A DNA stretch of 45,917 bases from an uncultured bacterium. Lineage in GTDB: Bacteria; B130-G9. A program made the translations under genes and the position numbers. The notes beneath the pieces are model-generated. The model did no database searches and had not been told where the DNA came from. It saw nothing but the letters and a program-made list of their open reading frames with translations. Below are positions 36,062 through 45,917 of the stretch, one piece after another (position 1 is the stretch's first letter; every line of letters starts with the position of its first letter). The stretch covers positions 1-45,917 of the forward strand of contig CBDVDH010000029.1 of NCBI GenBank assembly GCA_965372715.1, given 5' to 3'.

Positions 36062-38005
36062 TTAACGTCGAACGCCGGGCGGGCCGGCGGGTTGTTGCTC
36101 CTTGCCGAACGCCGGATCAATGTATATCTCGGCTCTGTCCTTGAGGTCCTCAAGCCAGGCGGCAAGGGCCTTGTTTTCTTTGTCGGACCGCATCTTTTGC
36201 GCCAGCTGGCCCTTTTCCTTGGCAAATTCCTCTTCAACGAGTTGAGTGTGCTCGAGCACTGCAAAAAAGACGTAGCCGTTGCGGACCTTTGTCGGGCCGC
36301 CGACACCGCCTACCTCCGTCGCAAATGCCTTTTGAATGAACTCATCGCTCCGGCCTATGCCCCGCACGTAGCCTTCCTTCGAGAACGCGTTAGTCTCCTT
36401 GACGGTGAGCTCCCACGACTTGGCGGTCTTGTCGAACGACTCGAGGTCAGTTACCTTTTGCGCGAACTCGTTGGCCTTCTTCTTGGCGATTCTCTCGCCT
36501 TCCTCCTCTGCCCAGTCGCGCTTGACCCTCGCCTTAACTTCATCGAACGGCAGCACGATTGGCGGCTTTTCGTCGAGCAGCTTGATCAGGAAGTAACGGT
36601 CTCTGCCCTTCACGACCGGGCTGACCGCGTCCTTTGAAAGCCCCAGAGCGGCGTTTGCAAACTGATATGAACGCCCAAGCCCCTCTATCTCGTCCATTCG
36701 CTTGAAGAAGTCCGTCGTGGCGAGCTTGAGACCGTTTTCCTCTGCAAAGCCCGCGAGGACCTGCGATTCACCTAGCTTCTCGTGCGCGCTCTCCGCTGCT
36801 TCTTCTGCTAGCTTCAACGCCTTCTCATCGATCAGTTTGGTCCGGACCTCGTCTGCTACCTGATCAAACTCCCGGGTCTCGGCCTCCTTCCGCTGCTCAA
36901 CTTTGATGATGTGATAGCCGAACTCCGTCTTGATGACGTCGCTTATCTCGCCCACTTTGAGAGAAAAGGCCGCATCCTCAAATGGTTTCGCCATCTGGCC
37001 GCGGCCGAAAAAGCCCAGGTCCCCGCCCTTGGAGGACGACGGGCAGTCGGAGTTCTCCTCGGCCAGTTTGGCGAAAACCCCGCCGGCCTTCACCTGCGCC
37101 AGAACGCCTTCCACCTTCTTTTTCGCATCCTGTTCAACCTTCTCGCTGGCGCCCTCCGGCACTTTCGCCAGAATGTGACGGGCCCGAACCTCCTCCTCCT
37201 GCACATACTCGCTCTCGTGCTCGTCGTAGTAGTCCCGAACCTCGTCATCCGTTATGTTGACCTTCGACTTGTATGTCTCAGGACTAAACAGCAAGTACTC
37301 GACCTTCACCTCGCGCTCGCTCTTATACCTCTCCTTTTGCGACTCATAGACACTCAGGAGCTCCGTGTCGCTCGGCTCGAGGTCCCTTGCGAGCTCTCTG
37401 CCTTTGAACTCCACGAATTCGCAGTTGACCTTCTCGTTCTCCTCGACGTATTTGGCCTTGACCTCATCGTCAGTTATCCTGACAGTCGCTCGAATGAAAT
37501 CCTGAAGCCTGGCCACCTTCTGGCTCTGCCGAATGCCGTGCTCATAAGTCTCCGGCGCGATTCGGTTCATCGACAGAATTCGCATGTAAAGCTCAGGTCT
37601 GAAGTTGCCATCTTGGTCTCGAAAACCAGGCGTCTTCCTGATCACGGAGGTGACCTCGCTGTCGGTCACGACAATCCCAACCCGCTCGGCCTCTTGGAGC
37701 AGAAGCCGCTTGCGAATCAGGTCCTGCCAGACGCGGTTCTCGAGGTCGAGGCTCTCCAGGATTTCAGGGGTCAACCGATCCTTGTAGATACTGCGGTAAT
37801 AGTCCGCATAGCGCCGGATCGCTGAATAATACTCATCTCGCGCTATCTGGTCGCCATTGACGGCGGCGATCGCCGCATCGCCGCGCTCCATCCCACGTTT
37901 GCCCGCGCCCCAGACCACGAAGATCGTGCCGATGAACGCCGCTATCACGATCCAAAGGAATACCGAGAGCTTCTTCAAATGCCTGCGCATCGCTAGCATT
38001 GCCAT
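36062..38005 (-). CDS. PpiD/SurA-type peptidyl-prolyl isomerase chaperone
   Basis: N-terminal TM anchor, SurA-N region, parvulin ARHIL...GGDLGFF...TEFGYHIIKV; SD AGGAGG supports a start at 38005. Confidence 0.9.
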   Translation of the reverse strand: MAMLAMRRHLKKLSVFLWIVIAAFIGTIFVVWGAGKRGMERGDAAIAAVNGDQIARDEYYSAIRRYADYYRSIYKDRLTPEILESLDLENRVWQDLIRKRLLLQEAERVGIVVTDSEVTSVIRKTPGFRDQDGNFRPELYMRILSMNRIAPETYEHGIRQSQKVARLQDFIRATVRITDDEVKAKYVEENEKVNCEFVEFKGRELARDLEPSDTELLSVYESQKERYKSEREVKVEYLLFSPETYKSKVNITDDEVRDYYDEHESEYVQEEEVRARHILAKVPEGASEKVEQDAKKKVEGVLAQVKAGGVFAKLAEENSDCPSSSKGGDLGFFGRGQMAKPFEDAAFSLKVGEISDVIKTEFGYHIIKVEQRKEAETREFDQVADEVRTKLIDEKALKLAEEAAESAHEKLGESQVLAGFAEENGLKLATTDFFKRMDEIEGLGRSYQFANAALGLSKDAVSPVVKGRDRYFLIKLLDEKPPIVLPFDEVKARVKRDWAEEEGERIAKKKANEFAQKVTDLESFDKTAKSWELTVKETNAFSKEGYVRGIGRSDEFIQKAFATEVGGVGGPTKVRNGYVFFAVLEHTQLVEEEFAKEKGQLAQKMRSDKENKALAAWLEDLKDRAEIYIDPAFGKEQQPAGPPGVRR

Positions 38006-38193
38006 TCTCTTACAAACCTCCTGAACTAACTGCAAATCTTGTCATGGACATTGGGCCGTGAGCTTCACGGGGAACTCGCCTCGTCCCGTTACTCGAGGCG
38101 CTGCCACAGCTTAGTCGCACGTTGGGCCCGAGACCAGTGCGCCCGGGCCAATTCCTGATCGCCCGTCTGACAGCAGGCGCGAGCGCCGATTGA

Positions 38194-39585
38194 TCACACA
38201 CGTTTAGTCCTGACACCATCCTTTGTATCCTCAATGATTATCCCTTTTGCTCTCAATTGCTCTCGCACCCTGTCCGCCAGGGCCCAGTCCCGCCGCTTTC
38301 GCGCCTGGCGTCGCTTCTCGATGAGGTCTTCAACGTCGGCCGGCAGCTCGTCGTCGCGACCCAGCTCGATGACGCCGATCACTGAGTTCAGCCGCTTAAG
38401 CAAGCCCTCAATCGCATCTCTGTCGGTCTCGCTTATCTCGCGGGCGTTAATCTGCTCGTTTGCCGACCGTATGAATGCGAACAACGCCGCCATCGCCTTT
38501 GAGATATTGAGGTCGTCGTCCATTGCGGCCTCGAATCCCTGCTCGCATTCAGCCACGGCGTTTGTGATCGCCGGATTGTCGATACCCGAACAGCTGGCAG
38601 AGCGGAAGGTTCTCACGAAGTCGTCGATTCGTGCCAGAGACCCAGCGGCCTGCTCGAGTGCGTCGAGGCTGAAGCTCAGCTGCTTGCGATAGTGCGCGGA
38701 AAGGAGCAGATATCGCAGTTGACGAGGTCTGTAGCCCATTTCGACGATCTCCCGGAGCGTGTAGATATTGCCGGTGGACTTCGCCATCTTGCTCCTGTCG
38801 AGCAATAGGTGCTCCGAGTGCAGCCAGTAGCGGGCAAACGGCTTCCCCGTGGCCGCCCTGGACTGTGCAATCTCGTTCTCGTGGTGTGGAAACATGTTAT
38901 CGACGCCGCCTGTATGGATGTCGAACGTCTCACCCAGATACTTCATGCTCATCGCGGAGCACTCGATGTGCCAACCCGGCCTGCCAGGGCCTATCTCGGT
39001 GTCCCAAGACGGTTCGCCCTCTTTAGGCGCCTTCCACAAAGCGAAGTCCCTGATATCCTGTTTCTCATACTCGTCGTGGTCCACCCTGGAACGTATTTGA
39101 CAGAGCGTTGGCTTCACACCTGTAAGTGCCCCGTAGGGCTTGAACTTGCCCACGTCGAAGTAAATGGAGCCCTCGCTCTCGTAGGCGTAGCCCCTGTCAA
39201 CTAGGCGCTTTACGAGCGCCGCCATCTCATCGATGTGCTCCGTCGCTCGGGGATAGTGCTCGGCTGGCTCCATATTCAGCAACGCTATGTCCTCGAAAAA
39301 CGCTTTCGTGAAGCGCGCCGTGAACTCGCCCAGCGGGACCCCCTCCTTGTTTGCGCCCTTGATTGTCTTGTCATCGATGTCGGTGATGTTCATAACCTGC
39401 GTTACGTCGTAGCCCTTGAACCTGAGGTAGCGCCTCAGAACGTCCTCGAACATAAAGGTCCGCAGGTTGCCGATGTGGATATAGCTATACACGGTCGGCC
39501 CGCACGTATAGAGTCCGACGTTGGGTGGGTTCAGAGGAACGAATTCCTCCTTCCTGCGGGTCATCGTGTTAAACAAATGCAACAT
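38194..39585 (-). CDS. cysS: Cysteine--tRNA ligase
   Basis: [33 protein letters not shown]. Confidence 0.97.
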   Translation of the reverse strand: MLHLFNTMTRRKEEFVPLNPPNVGLYTCGPTVYSYIHIGNLRTFMFEDVLRRYLRFKGYDVTQVMNITDIDDKTIKGANKEGVPLGEFTARFTKAFFEDIALLNMEPAEHYPRATEHIDEMAALVKRLVDRGYAYESEGSIYFDVGKFKPYGALTGVKPTLCQIRSRVDHDEYEKQDIRDFALWKAPKEGEPSWDTEIGPGRPGWHIECSAMSMKYLGETFDIHTGGVDNMFPHHENEIAQSRAATGKPFARYWLHSEHLLLDRSKMAKSTGNIYTLREIVEMGYRPRQLRYLLLSAHYRKQLSFSLDALEQAAGSLARIDDFVRTFRSASCSGIDNPAITNAVAECEQGFEAAMDDDLNISKAMAALFAFIRSANEQINAREISETDRDAIEGLLKRLNSVIGVIELGRDDELPADVEDLIEKRRQARKRRDWALADRVREQLRAKGIIIEDTKDGVRTKRV

Positions 39586-39762
39586 CTGAAACTCTTGCTT
39601 TCTGGCTATTCACGGGCGCTTTGGCTGGACGAACCGCTATACTAAGCGACGTCTGAGGCAGCCCGCCAAAATATCCACCAACGCCGCATCAGAATAACAC
39701 AACCTGGCCTGCCCTCGCAAGTGGTGGGTTGGACGTTTCGTCGATGCGCAGAAACACGCGGT

Positions 39763-39786
39763 GTAGGGGTCCGCCGCGCGGCGGAC
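39763..39786 (+). repeat. GTAG-type REP palindrome
   Basis: GTAGGG-GTCCGCCGCGCGGCGGAC; related degenerate copy near 33807-33826. Confidence 0.6.
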
Positions 39787-40201
39787 GCTCTCGGCCCCGC
39801 GGCTTGACGGGGCGCAGGCTTCGATCAGTCTCTCATTTTCCTTTCTGTGGACAGACCTTTCCAAAGGCCAGACTTACTCCTTGGGCCAGAGCCCCACGCA
39901 AGCTAAAGAAAACCCGGCAGGATACGAACTGATTAGTGGAAGCACGTTGTAAGAGTTGTGTATTTGAAATGTTCTGCACGTGTTTTCTGGCAAGAGGTTG
40001 GCAGTGCATGGCGGGCTTGCCGTGGAGGCATAAGGACGTGTCATCAAAGGACGTGAACTGGGATCAAACGGTCAACAGCAGGAAGGGGAACCGGTCCCCG
40101 CTGGGGGGGAAGGTCTTGTGAATCCGATCGGACGGCGCCGAGACCAACCGGGGACCATTAGACGATCAATGGGCGGAGATCATGGAGGCGAAGACTGTTG
40201 T

Positions 40202-40420
40202 CATCTGCTTTTCTTTCATTCGATGCAAACGTATCCCGAGTGGCCCACGATGAAGCTGCGGCACCCGTCAGACGAGCTGGCGGAAAAGGTCGCCGGAACG
40301 CCGCTTTCGATGCGATCAGATTGCCCCAACGCGAAAGCCGCGAGATGCGCCGGCTGGAGGAGCACACTGAGTTATGAGCCGGTGCATGATTGTCTCAAAG
40401 AGCTTGGGTCGGTCCCTAGA
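40202..40420 (+). pseudogene. Remnant of a PhnD-like (phosphonate-binding fold) periplasmic sensor domain, TtrS type
   Basis: HSMQTYPEWPTMKLRHPSDELAEKVA...AKAARCAGW...LSYEPVHDCLKEL; out of frame with and just upstream of the kinase's QQYWPWL TM segment. Confidence 0.6.
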
Positions 40421-40434
40421 AGGACCATGACAAG

Positions 40435-43400
40435 GTGACGGGCGCTGACTTCGCCATAGTAGCCCGCTTGTCCGCCATAACCCTGGTGGCGGCGGAGACT
40501 ACGTCGGCTGAAAGCGACGTTATCCAGCAGTATTGGCCCTGGCTCGCGGGGATGGCCGCCTTTGTCGTCGTGGGCATCCTGTTTGCGGTTTACGTGACGC
40601 GGCTCAACCGAGGGCTGGGTGAGGCGGCAAAGGGACAGAAAAAAGAGATCGTCGAGCGCAAGCTGGCGGAGGAAAGCTTGATGCGGCTGAATCAGGCCTT
40701 CCTTGAACTGGGTTCTGACTTTGACGAGAACGCCCAGATTCTTACGAAAATATGCGGCGAGCTTTTGGGCGGCGCCTGCGCCTTATACAATCGCCTATCA
40801 GGCGCGGAGCTGTATTCGACTGGCCAATGGCATACTCCGGAGGACTACGAGCCCGTCGATAAGCCCGACGGACATATTTGCTACGACGTTATTCTGAGAG
40901 GGAAGGACGCCGGTATCTACATCGTAAAGGACCTCCCGTCAACCCCATACATGCAAACTGATCCCAACGTCGCACGGTACGGGCTGAAGATTTACGTTGG
41001 CTATCCGGTCTGCTGCCAAGGAGAAGCTGTCGGCTCTATCTGCGTGGTTTTCCAGGAAGATGTGGAATTGAAGGAGAGCCAGAAGCGCCTCATGGGTATC
41101 GTTGCAACGGCAATCGGAGTTGAGGAGGACCGCAAGCAGGCCGAGGAGGCGCTGCGGGAGAGCGAGGAGCGGCTCAAGACCATCCTGGACTCCCTCCAGA
41201 CAGCGATTGTGATCATCGACTGGGATTCTCACACCATCGTTGACGTCAATCCCGTGGCCGCGGAGATGATCGGCGCGCCGAAGGACGAGATCGTGGGTCA
41301 AGTCTGTCACAAGCACATCTGCCCGGCTGAGGTCGGGAACTGTCCAATCGCGGACCTTGGTCAGGATGTGGACAGCTCGGAAGGCGAGCTTTTAAGGGCT
41401 GACGGTAGCATCGTGCCGGTTATCAGAACCTCGATTCCTGTGGTGCTTGACGACCGCACACACCTGTTGGAGAGCATGGTTGATATAACTGAACGCAAGC
41501 AGGCGGAACAGGCCTTACGTCAGGCCAAGGAGGGGGCCGACGAGGCCAACCGCCAGCTGAAGCAGGTCGTTGAGCGTGCCAATCTGTTGGCCGTGGAGGC
41601 CGAGGTGGCCAACGCTGCCAAGAGCGAGTTCCTGGCGAATATGAGCCACGAGATTCGCACGCCGATGAATGGGGTGATCGGCATGACAGGTCTCTTGCTG
41701 GACACGGAATTGACCTCGGAGCAGCGCGAGTGCGCTGAGGTTGTGAAGAACAGTGCAGACTCGCTGCTTACGGTCATCAACGACATCCTCGACTTCTCCA
41801 AGATAGAGGCCGGGAAGCTCGAATTGGAGACGCTGGACTTCGACCTTCGCACCGCCCTGGAAGACCTGGATGATGTGCTGGCGTTACGTGCGCACGACAA
41901 GGGCCTGGAATTGGTCTGTCTGGTCGAACCAGAGGTCCCCTCGTTTGTGCGGGGCGACCCAGGGCGTCTCCGCCAGATACTAACCAATCTGATGGATAAC
42001 GCGATCAAATTCACCGCCGAAGGAGAGGTAGCCTTGCACGTGAGCCTCGAATGCGAGACCCATGAACATCTAACATTGCGCTTCGCGGTGAAAGACACCG
42101 GCATCGGCATCCCGCAGGACAAGCTCGACGGTCTTTTCAACGCCTTCACGCAGGTGGATGCCTCGACCACTCGGAAGTATGGTGGAACCGGGCTCGGTTT
42201 GACTATCTCGAAGCAGCTTGTTGAGAAGATGGCTGGTCAGATTGGCGTAGAGAGCCAGGAAGCGGAGGGCTCCACGTTTTGGTTCACAGCTCATTTTGGG
42301 AAGCAACCCCCGGGCGAGGCGATGCACGAGGTTCGGCGCGAGGACATCCGCGGCGTGCGTGTCCTTGGCGTGGACGACAATGAAACGAGCCGCCGCGTCC
42401 TTCACGCGATGCTCTCTGCATGCCAATGCCGCCACGAGGAGGCCGCGGACGCAAAGACCGCAATGGGAGAGCTTCGTGCGGCGGCACAAGCAGGGGACCC
42501 GTTCGAGATTGCAGTAGTTGATATGCTTATGCCAGAGATCGACGGTGAGAGTCTGGGCAAAATGATCAAGGAGGACCCGTCGCTTAAGGATACCGTCCTG
42601 GTGATGATGACGTCCCTGGGCAGGCGAGGCGACGCCGCACGGCTTTCCGAGATCGGATTTACGGGATACTTGACTAAACCGGTGAAGCAATCCCAGCTCT
42701 TTGGTGTGCTTGCGATGGCTTTGGGCCGGGGACCGGCAGACGAACCGCCCCGGGACGGAATCATAACGCGGCACACCGTGGCGGAAGACCGCAGGCGCAG
42801 AATCCGAATCCTGTTGGCGGAAGACAACATCACCAACCAGAAGGTTGCGGTCAAGATTCTGGAGAAGATCGGCTACCGTGCGGACGTGGTCGCCAACGGT
42901 CTCGAGGTAATCAAGGCACTTGAAACGATTCCCTATGATCTCGTACTGATGGACTGTCAGATGCCGGAGATGGATGGATTCGAGGCGACCGCAGCTATAA
43001 GAAGAGAGGAAGAAATCTCCGGCGCTCACATCCCTATCGTCGCCATGACCGCCCGCGCTTTGAAGGGCGACCGGGAGATGTGTCTGGACGCGGGCATGGA
43101 TGATTACATTGCCAAGCCGGTCATGCCCAAGGAGCTGGCCGAGGCAATTGACAGATGGCTCGGCGCCGGCGCATCCACCGAGGAAGACCAGCCGAATGAA
43201 AACGAGACAAAGAAAGCGGCGGTCTTTGACCGAGACGCGTTGCTGAAGCGACTCGGCGGCGATGAGGGACTATTACGCGACATCGTTGGTGTCTTCCTTC
43301 AGGACGCGCCAGGGCAGATGCAGTCCCTGAAAGACGCAATTGAGAAAGGTGATACAATTCTGGTTCAGCGCCAGGCCCACACGCTCAAGGGCGCCTCGGC

Positions 43401-43590
43401 CAATGTCGGCGCGAGCGCGTTGCAGGAGCTCGCGTTTCAGATGGAGATGGCCGGGAAAGAAGGCGACCTGAGCCGGGCGTTGGAACTTCTGGAAACGATG
43501 AAGGAAGAATACGAGAGGCTGAAGCGGACAGTGACACGTCTGAACGTCATTAAAGGACAAGCGGTGCATGCGAACTCTCATTGTAGATGA
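40435..43590 (+). CDS. Hybrid sensor histidine kinase (TM, GAF, PAS, HisKA, HATPase, REC, REC, Hpt)
   Basis: FLANMSHEIRTPMNG, NAIKFT, DTGIG, GGTGLGL, two receiver domains, AHTLKGAS Hpt; start codon uncertain. Confidence 0.93.
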   Translation: MTGADFAIVARLSAITLVAAETTSAESDVIQQYWPWLAGMAAFVVVGILFAVYVTRLNRGLGEAAKGQKKEIVERKLAEESLMRLNQAFLELGSDFDENAQILTKICGELLGGACALYNRLSGAELYSTGQWHTPEDYEPVDKPDGHICYDVILRGKDAGIYIVKDLPSTPYMQTDPNVARYGLKIYVGYPVCCQGEAVGSICVVFQEDVELKESQKRLMGIVATAIGVEEDRKQAEEALRESEERLKTILDSLQTAIVIIDWDSHTIVDVNPVAAEMIGAPKDEIVGQVCHKHICPAEVGNCPIADLGQDVDSSEGELLRADGSIVPVIRTSIPVVLDDRTHLLESMVDITERKQAEQALRQAKEGADEANRQLKQVVERANLLAVEAEVANAAKSEFLANMSHEIRTPMNGVIGMTGLLLDTELTSEQRECAEVVKNSADSLLTVINDILDFSKIEAGKLELETLDFDLRTALEDLDDVLALRAHDKGLELVCLVEPEVPSFVRGDPGRLRQILTNLMDNAIKFTAEGEVALHVSLECETHEHLTLRFAVKDTGIGIPQDKLDGLFNAFTQVDASTTRKYGGTGLGLTISKQLVEKMAGQIGVESQEAEGSTFWFTAHFGKQPPGEAMHEVRREDIRGVRVLGVDDNETSRRVLHAMLSACQCRHEEAADAKTAMGELRAAAQAGDPFEIAVVDMLMPEIDGESLGKMIKEDPSLKDTVLVMMTSLGRRGDAARLSEIGFTGYLTKPVKQSQLFGVLAMALGRGPADEPPRDGIITRHTVAEDRRRRIRILLAEDNITNQKVAVKILEKIGYRADVVANGLEVIKALETIPYDLVLMDCQMPEMDGFEATAAIRREEEISGAHIPIVAMTARALKGDREMCLDAGMDDYIAKPVMPKELAEAIDRWLGAGASTEEDQPNENETKKAAVFDRDALLKRLGGDEGLLRDIVGVFLQDAPGQMQSLKDAIEKGDTILVQRQAHTLKGASANVGASALQELAFQMEMAGKEGDLSRALELLETMKEEYERLKRTVTRLNVIKGQAVHANSHCR

Positions 43591-44005
43591 TGATTTCACG
43601 AGTCGACTGCTGATGCGTCGGCTGCTTGCACCGTTCGGCGAATGTGACGTCGCGGTGAACGGTTGGGAGGCGCTTGAGGCGTTCAAATGCGCCCATGTCG
43701 GGAAGCGTCCCTACGATCTCATTTGTTTGGACATCATGATGCCCGGCCTGAGCGGACATGAGGTGCTCAAAGAGATTCGCAAGTTTGAAACCAAACACAA
43801 CATTGATGAGAAAGATCAGGCGAAGGTCATCGTGACGACGGTGCTCAGCGATCGCGAACACATAATGGCAGCCGCGCGGGGCAACTGCCAGGCCTATCTT
43901 GTCAAACCGATTGACAAAGAAACGTTGCTGAAAAAGCTGCAAACGGTTGGACTTCTTGCGGAATCGGGCAATGACGGCACGCAAGGCAGAAAAGACACCG
44001 GCTGA
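43568..44005 (+). CDS. Single-domain (CheY-like) response regulator
   Basis: LIVDDD, LDIMMP, YLVKP; no output domain. Confidence 0.9.
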   Translation: MRTLIVDDDFTSRLLMRRLLAPFGECDVAVNGWEALEAFKCAHVGKRPYDLICLDIMMPGLSGHEVLKEIRKFETKHNIDEKDQAKVIVTTVLSDREHIMAAARGNCQAYLVKPIDKETLLKKLQTVGLLAESGNDGTQGRKDTG

Positions 44006-44171
44006 AACGCCCTTCCTGAAATGACGTGAAGAGGAAATCAAATATGAGCGCGCTTCTTGTAGATCCTGTCCGCCATAGCATTCTTGACCGACGCAGCCTT
44101 CTTGAGCGACTTAGCTTCCGCGAAGGTGGAAAGGAGCTACGTTTTCATAGGCTTCTGAAGGGGCATGTACG

Positions 44172-44819
44172 ATGAGGATATTGATCGCAGAGGACGACGC
44201 GACGTCGCGTCTTATGCTCGAACGCGTGCTTCGCAAGTGGGGACATGAGGTTGTCGTTACAGCAGACGGGGACGAGGCCTGGGAAGCGTTTAGGAGGGAG
44301 CAGCCGGACCTTGCGGTCCTTGACTGGATGATGCCGGAGATGGATGGCATAGAGGTCTGTCGAAGGATCAGGGAGTTCGAGGGTCCGCGCTATGTCTATG
44401 TGATTTTGCTGACAGTTAAGGGGCAGGCCGAAGACGTTGTCAAAGGGCTCGAATCCGGAGCGGATGATTATATCAAGAAGCCCTTCGACCATGCCGAGCT
44501 GCGAAGCCGGATTAAGGTGGGCGAACGCGTGCTTCAGCTTGAACGTGCACTTGCCTCGAAGGTGAGGAGCCTCGAGAGGGCACTCGCGGAAGTTAAGCAG
44601 CTCAGCGGCCTGATCCCCATCTGTATGCACTGCAAGAGGGTCAGGGACGACAAGGACTTCTGGCACCATGTCGAAAGCTATATAGCACGACGTTCGGAGG
44701 CCACGTTCAGCCACGGCCTGTGTCCCGAATGCCTGGACAAATACTACCCTGACCAGAAGGGAAACGAGGACCGAGGCGGCGACAGCGCAGAACACAGCGA
44801 AGGCCCCGCTTCGGGCTAG
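44172..44819 (+). CDS. Response regulator with coiled coil and C-terminal Cys-rich (CxxC...CxxC) domain
   Basis: IAEDD, LDWMMP, GADDYIKKP; PICMHCKRVRDD...FSHGLCPEC. Confidence 0.9.
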   Translation: MRILIAEDDATSRLMLERVLRKWGHEVVVTADGDEAWEAFRREQPDLAVLDWMMPEMDGIEVCRRIREFEGPRYVYVILLTVKGQAEDVVKGLESGADDYIKKPFDHAELRSRIKVGERVLQLERALASKVRSLERALAEVKQLSGLIPICMHCKRVRDDKDFWHHVESYIARRSEATFSHGLCPECLDKYYPDQKGNEDRGGDSAEHSEGPASG

Positions 44820-45143
44820 CCTGTTTGCGCAATCACTGCTCTTTGCCCAAGAGCGCCCTCCAAACCGATCGAATCAGCGGACTGTCGCTTCTCACCAACT
44901 CACCAATTGGCGGTGGCTTCGGTCCGTGCGATCAGAGGCCCTGAACGCCTCTTGTTTCGTCCTAATGTAAGCTTTGACGACCGCCCTTTTCGGCTTCTTG
45001 TCCGGCGCAGTTCGCCTCTTTATTTGGCGAGTCTTTAACACACGGCGAATGAAGGCGGATTGCTCCCCTTTCGTTTCGCGTTCGCCGAAGCTTCAGTGAA
45101 GAAGAATTCGCCCGTTTCCCCAACGGGGCCCCCTCGGTTCTCG

Positions 45144-45457
45144 ATAATCACATTGACCGCAAGAAAGATGGTGGGGCTAAGACGTTCTGCCGCTGCCCAA
45201 AGGTGATGAGTTCGACGGGGTCGAGGTGTCAGTTGCACCCGATGGGTGCTTTGGACTGCGGTGGCTTGACACCGCTTTGGCTCGACGCGGCTTGACGCGG
45301 CGTTAGCTCTGATCGACAACATCCTATTCTCCGGATCGCCGCCTGCGAGGTGGCAAGAGCAATCTGTCAGAGGGTGGTGTCAAGCGACCACCAATGAAAG
45401 CGGCGTCAAGCCGCCGCACTCCAAATGGTCGCCGCCTGTCCGTATCAATCTGATTAC
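45144..45457. mobile_element. Nested miniature inverted-repeat element, copy 2
   Basis: Outer ends TAATCACATTGA / TCAATCTGATTA; inner 176-bp unit 45250-45425 TTTGGACTGCGG...CCGCACTCCAAA, collinear with copy 1. Confidence 0.65.
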
Positions 45458-45558
45458 TGGGGTCGGTCCTCGAGCCTTGACTTTCGCTTGACTTGCTGCA
45501 AGCATTGCGTTCATAGGCTTGTGGTTGCTGACAGAGTTGATTACTTGGGAGAAGAGTC

Positions 45559-45828
45559 ATGACGCTGACCTTTGTCAGCGCGTTTGCTTTCAAGGCCATC
45601 AAGACAGCCCTGCTGATTGCGCTGCCTCTCCTGGCGGCGGGACTTCTGACGGGCGTCCTCGTCTCCATTTTTCAAGCTGTAACCTCGATCCAGGATATGA
45701 GCCTGACCTTCATCCCCAAGATATTAGTGGTGATGGTTACGCTTCTGCTTGTGTTGCCATGGATAATGGGGATTCTGATTGCATTTACCAGCGAGCTATT
45801 CACCAATTTCCCTGCTTACATAAGGTAG
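45559..45828 (+). CDS. fliQ: Flagellar export apparatus protein FliQ (SctS family)
   Basis: 89 aa; GVLVSIFQAVTSIQDMSLTFIPKI signature, PW motif. Confidence 0.9.
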   Translation: MTLTFVSAFAFKAIKTALLIALPLLAAGLLTGVLVSIFQAVTSIQDMSLTFIPKILVVMVTLLLVLPWIMGILIAFTSELFTNFPAYIR

Positions 45829-45917
45829 AGCTTCTAAGAGGGGACGCTGCCTGAGTAGTGGCAGCTGTTTCAGTGAACGACGGCGCCTCCTCGGAGCGGA
45901 CTTGTCGTTCATGCGGT

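Noticed and set aside
34806-43029. Long antisense ORFs (34806-35714, 36911-37825, 42070-43029)
   Set aside because: Shadow frames opposite well-supported genes in GC-rich DNA, with no recognisable motifs

Overview
Bacterial chromosomal window, mostly GC-rich and probably origin-proximal (perfect parS site with rsmG, parA, parB). Housekeeping and envelope genes: GNAT, LapA-like, WcaJ-like sugar transferase, TsaC/Sua5, DegT aminotransferase, tRNA-Ala(GGC), folC, GT-C and GT2 glycosyltransferases, bactofilin, thiolase-hbd-acyl-CoA dehydrogenase, PpiD/SurA, cysS, two hybrid histidine kinases, two response regulators and fliQ. The most striking unexplained region is about 13.4-24.9 kb. It holds four paralogous 142-149 aa secreted beta-rich proteins (mature N-terminus xW[DE]DAxGRG, C-terminus YxQ[DE]xGF) interleaved with three large TPR proteins, one with ILEI-like domains. 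Two paralogs are each preceded by a pair of TGTCCCATTTGGGACA palindromes spaced 32 bp apart. This is a candidate undescribed surface-fibre or coat system. Also notable: a Hel308/Ski2-like helicase fused to an OmpR-type winged helix, a BrnT-like toxin-antitoxin pair with a half attC-like site, a decayed periplasmic sensor domain, and a ~315-bp nested miniature element present twice. All product calls come from motif recognition by eye; no searches were run.
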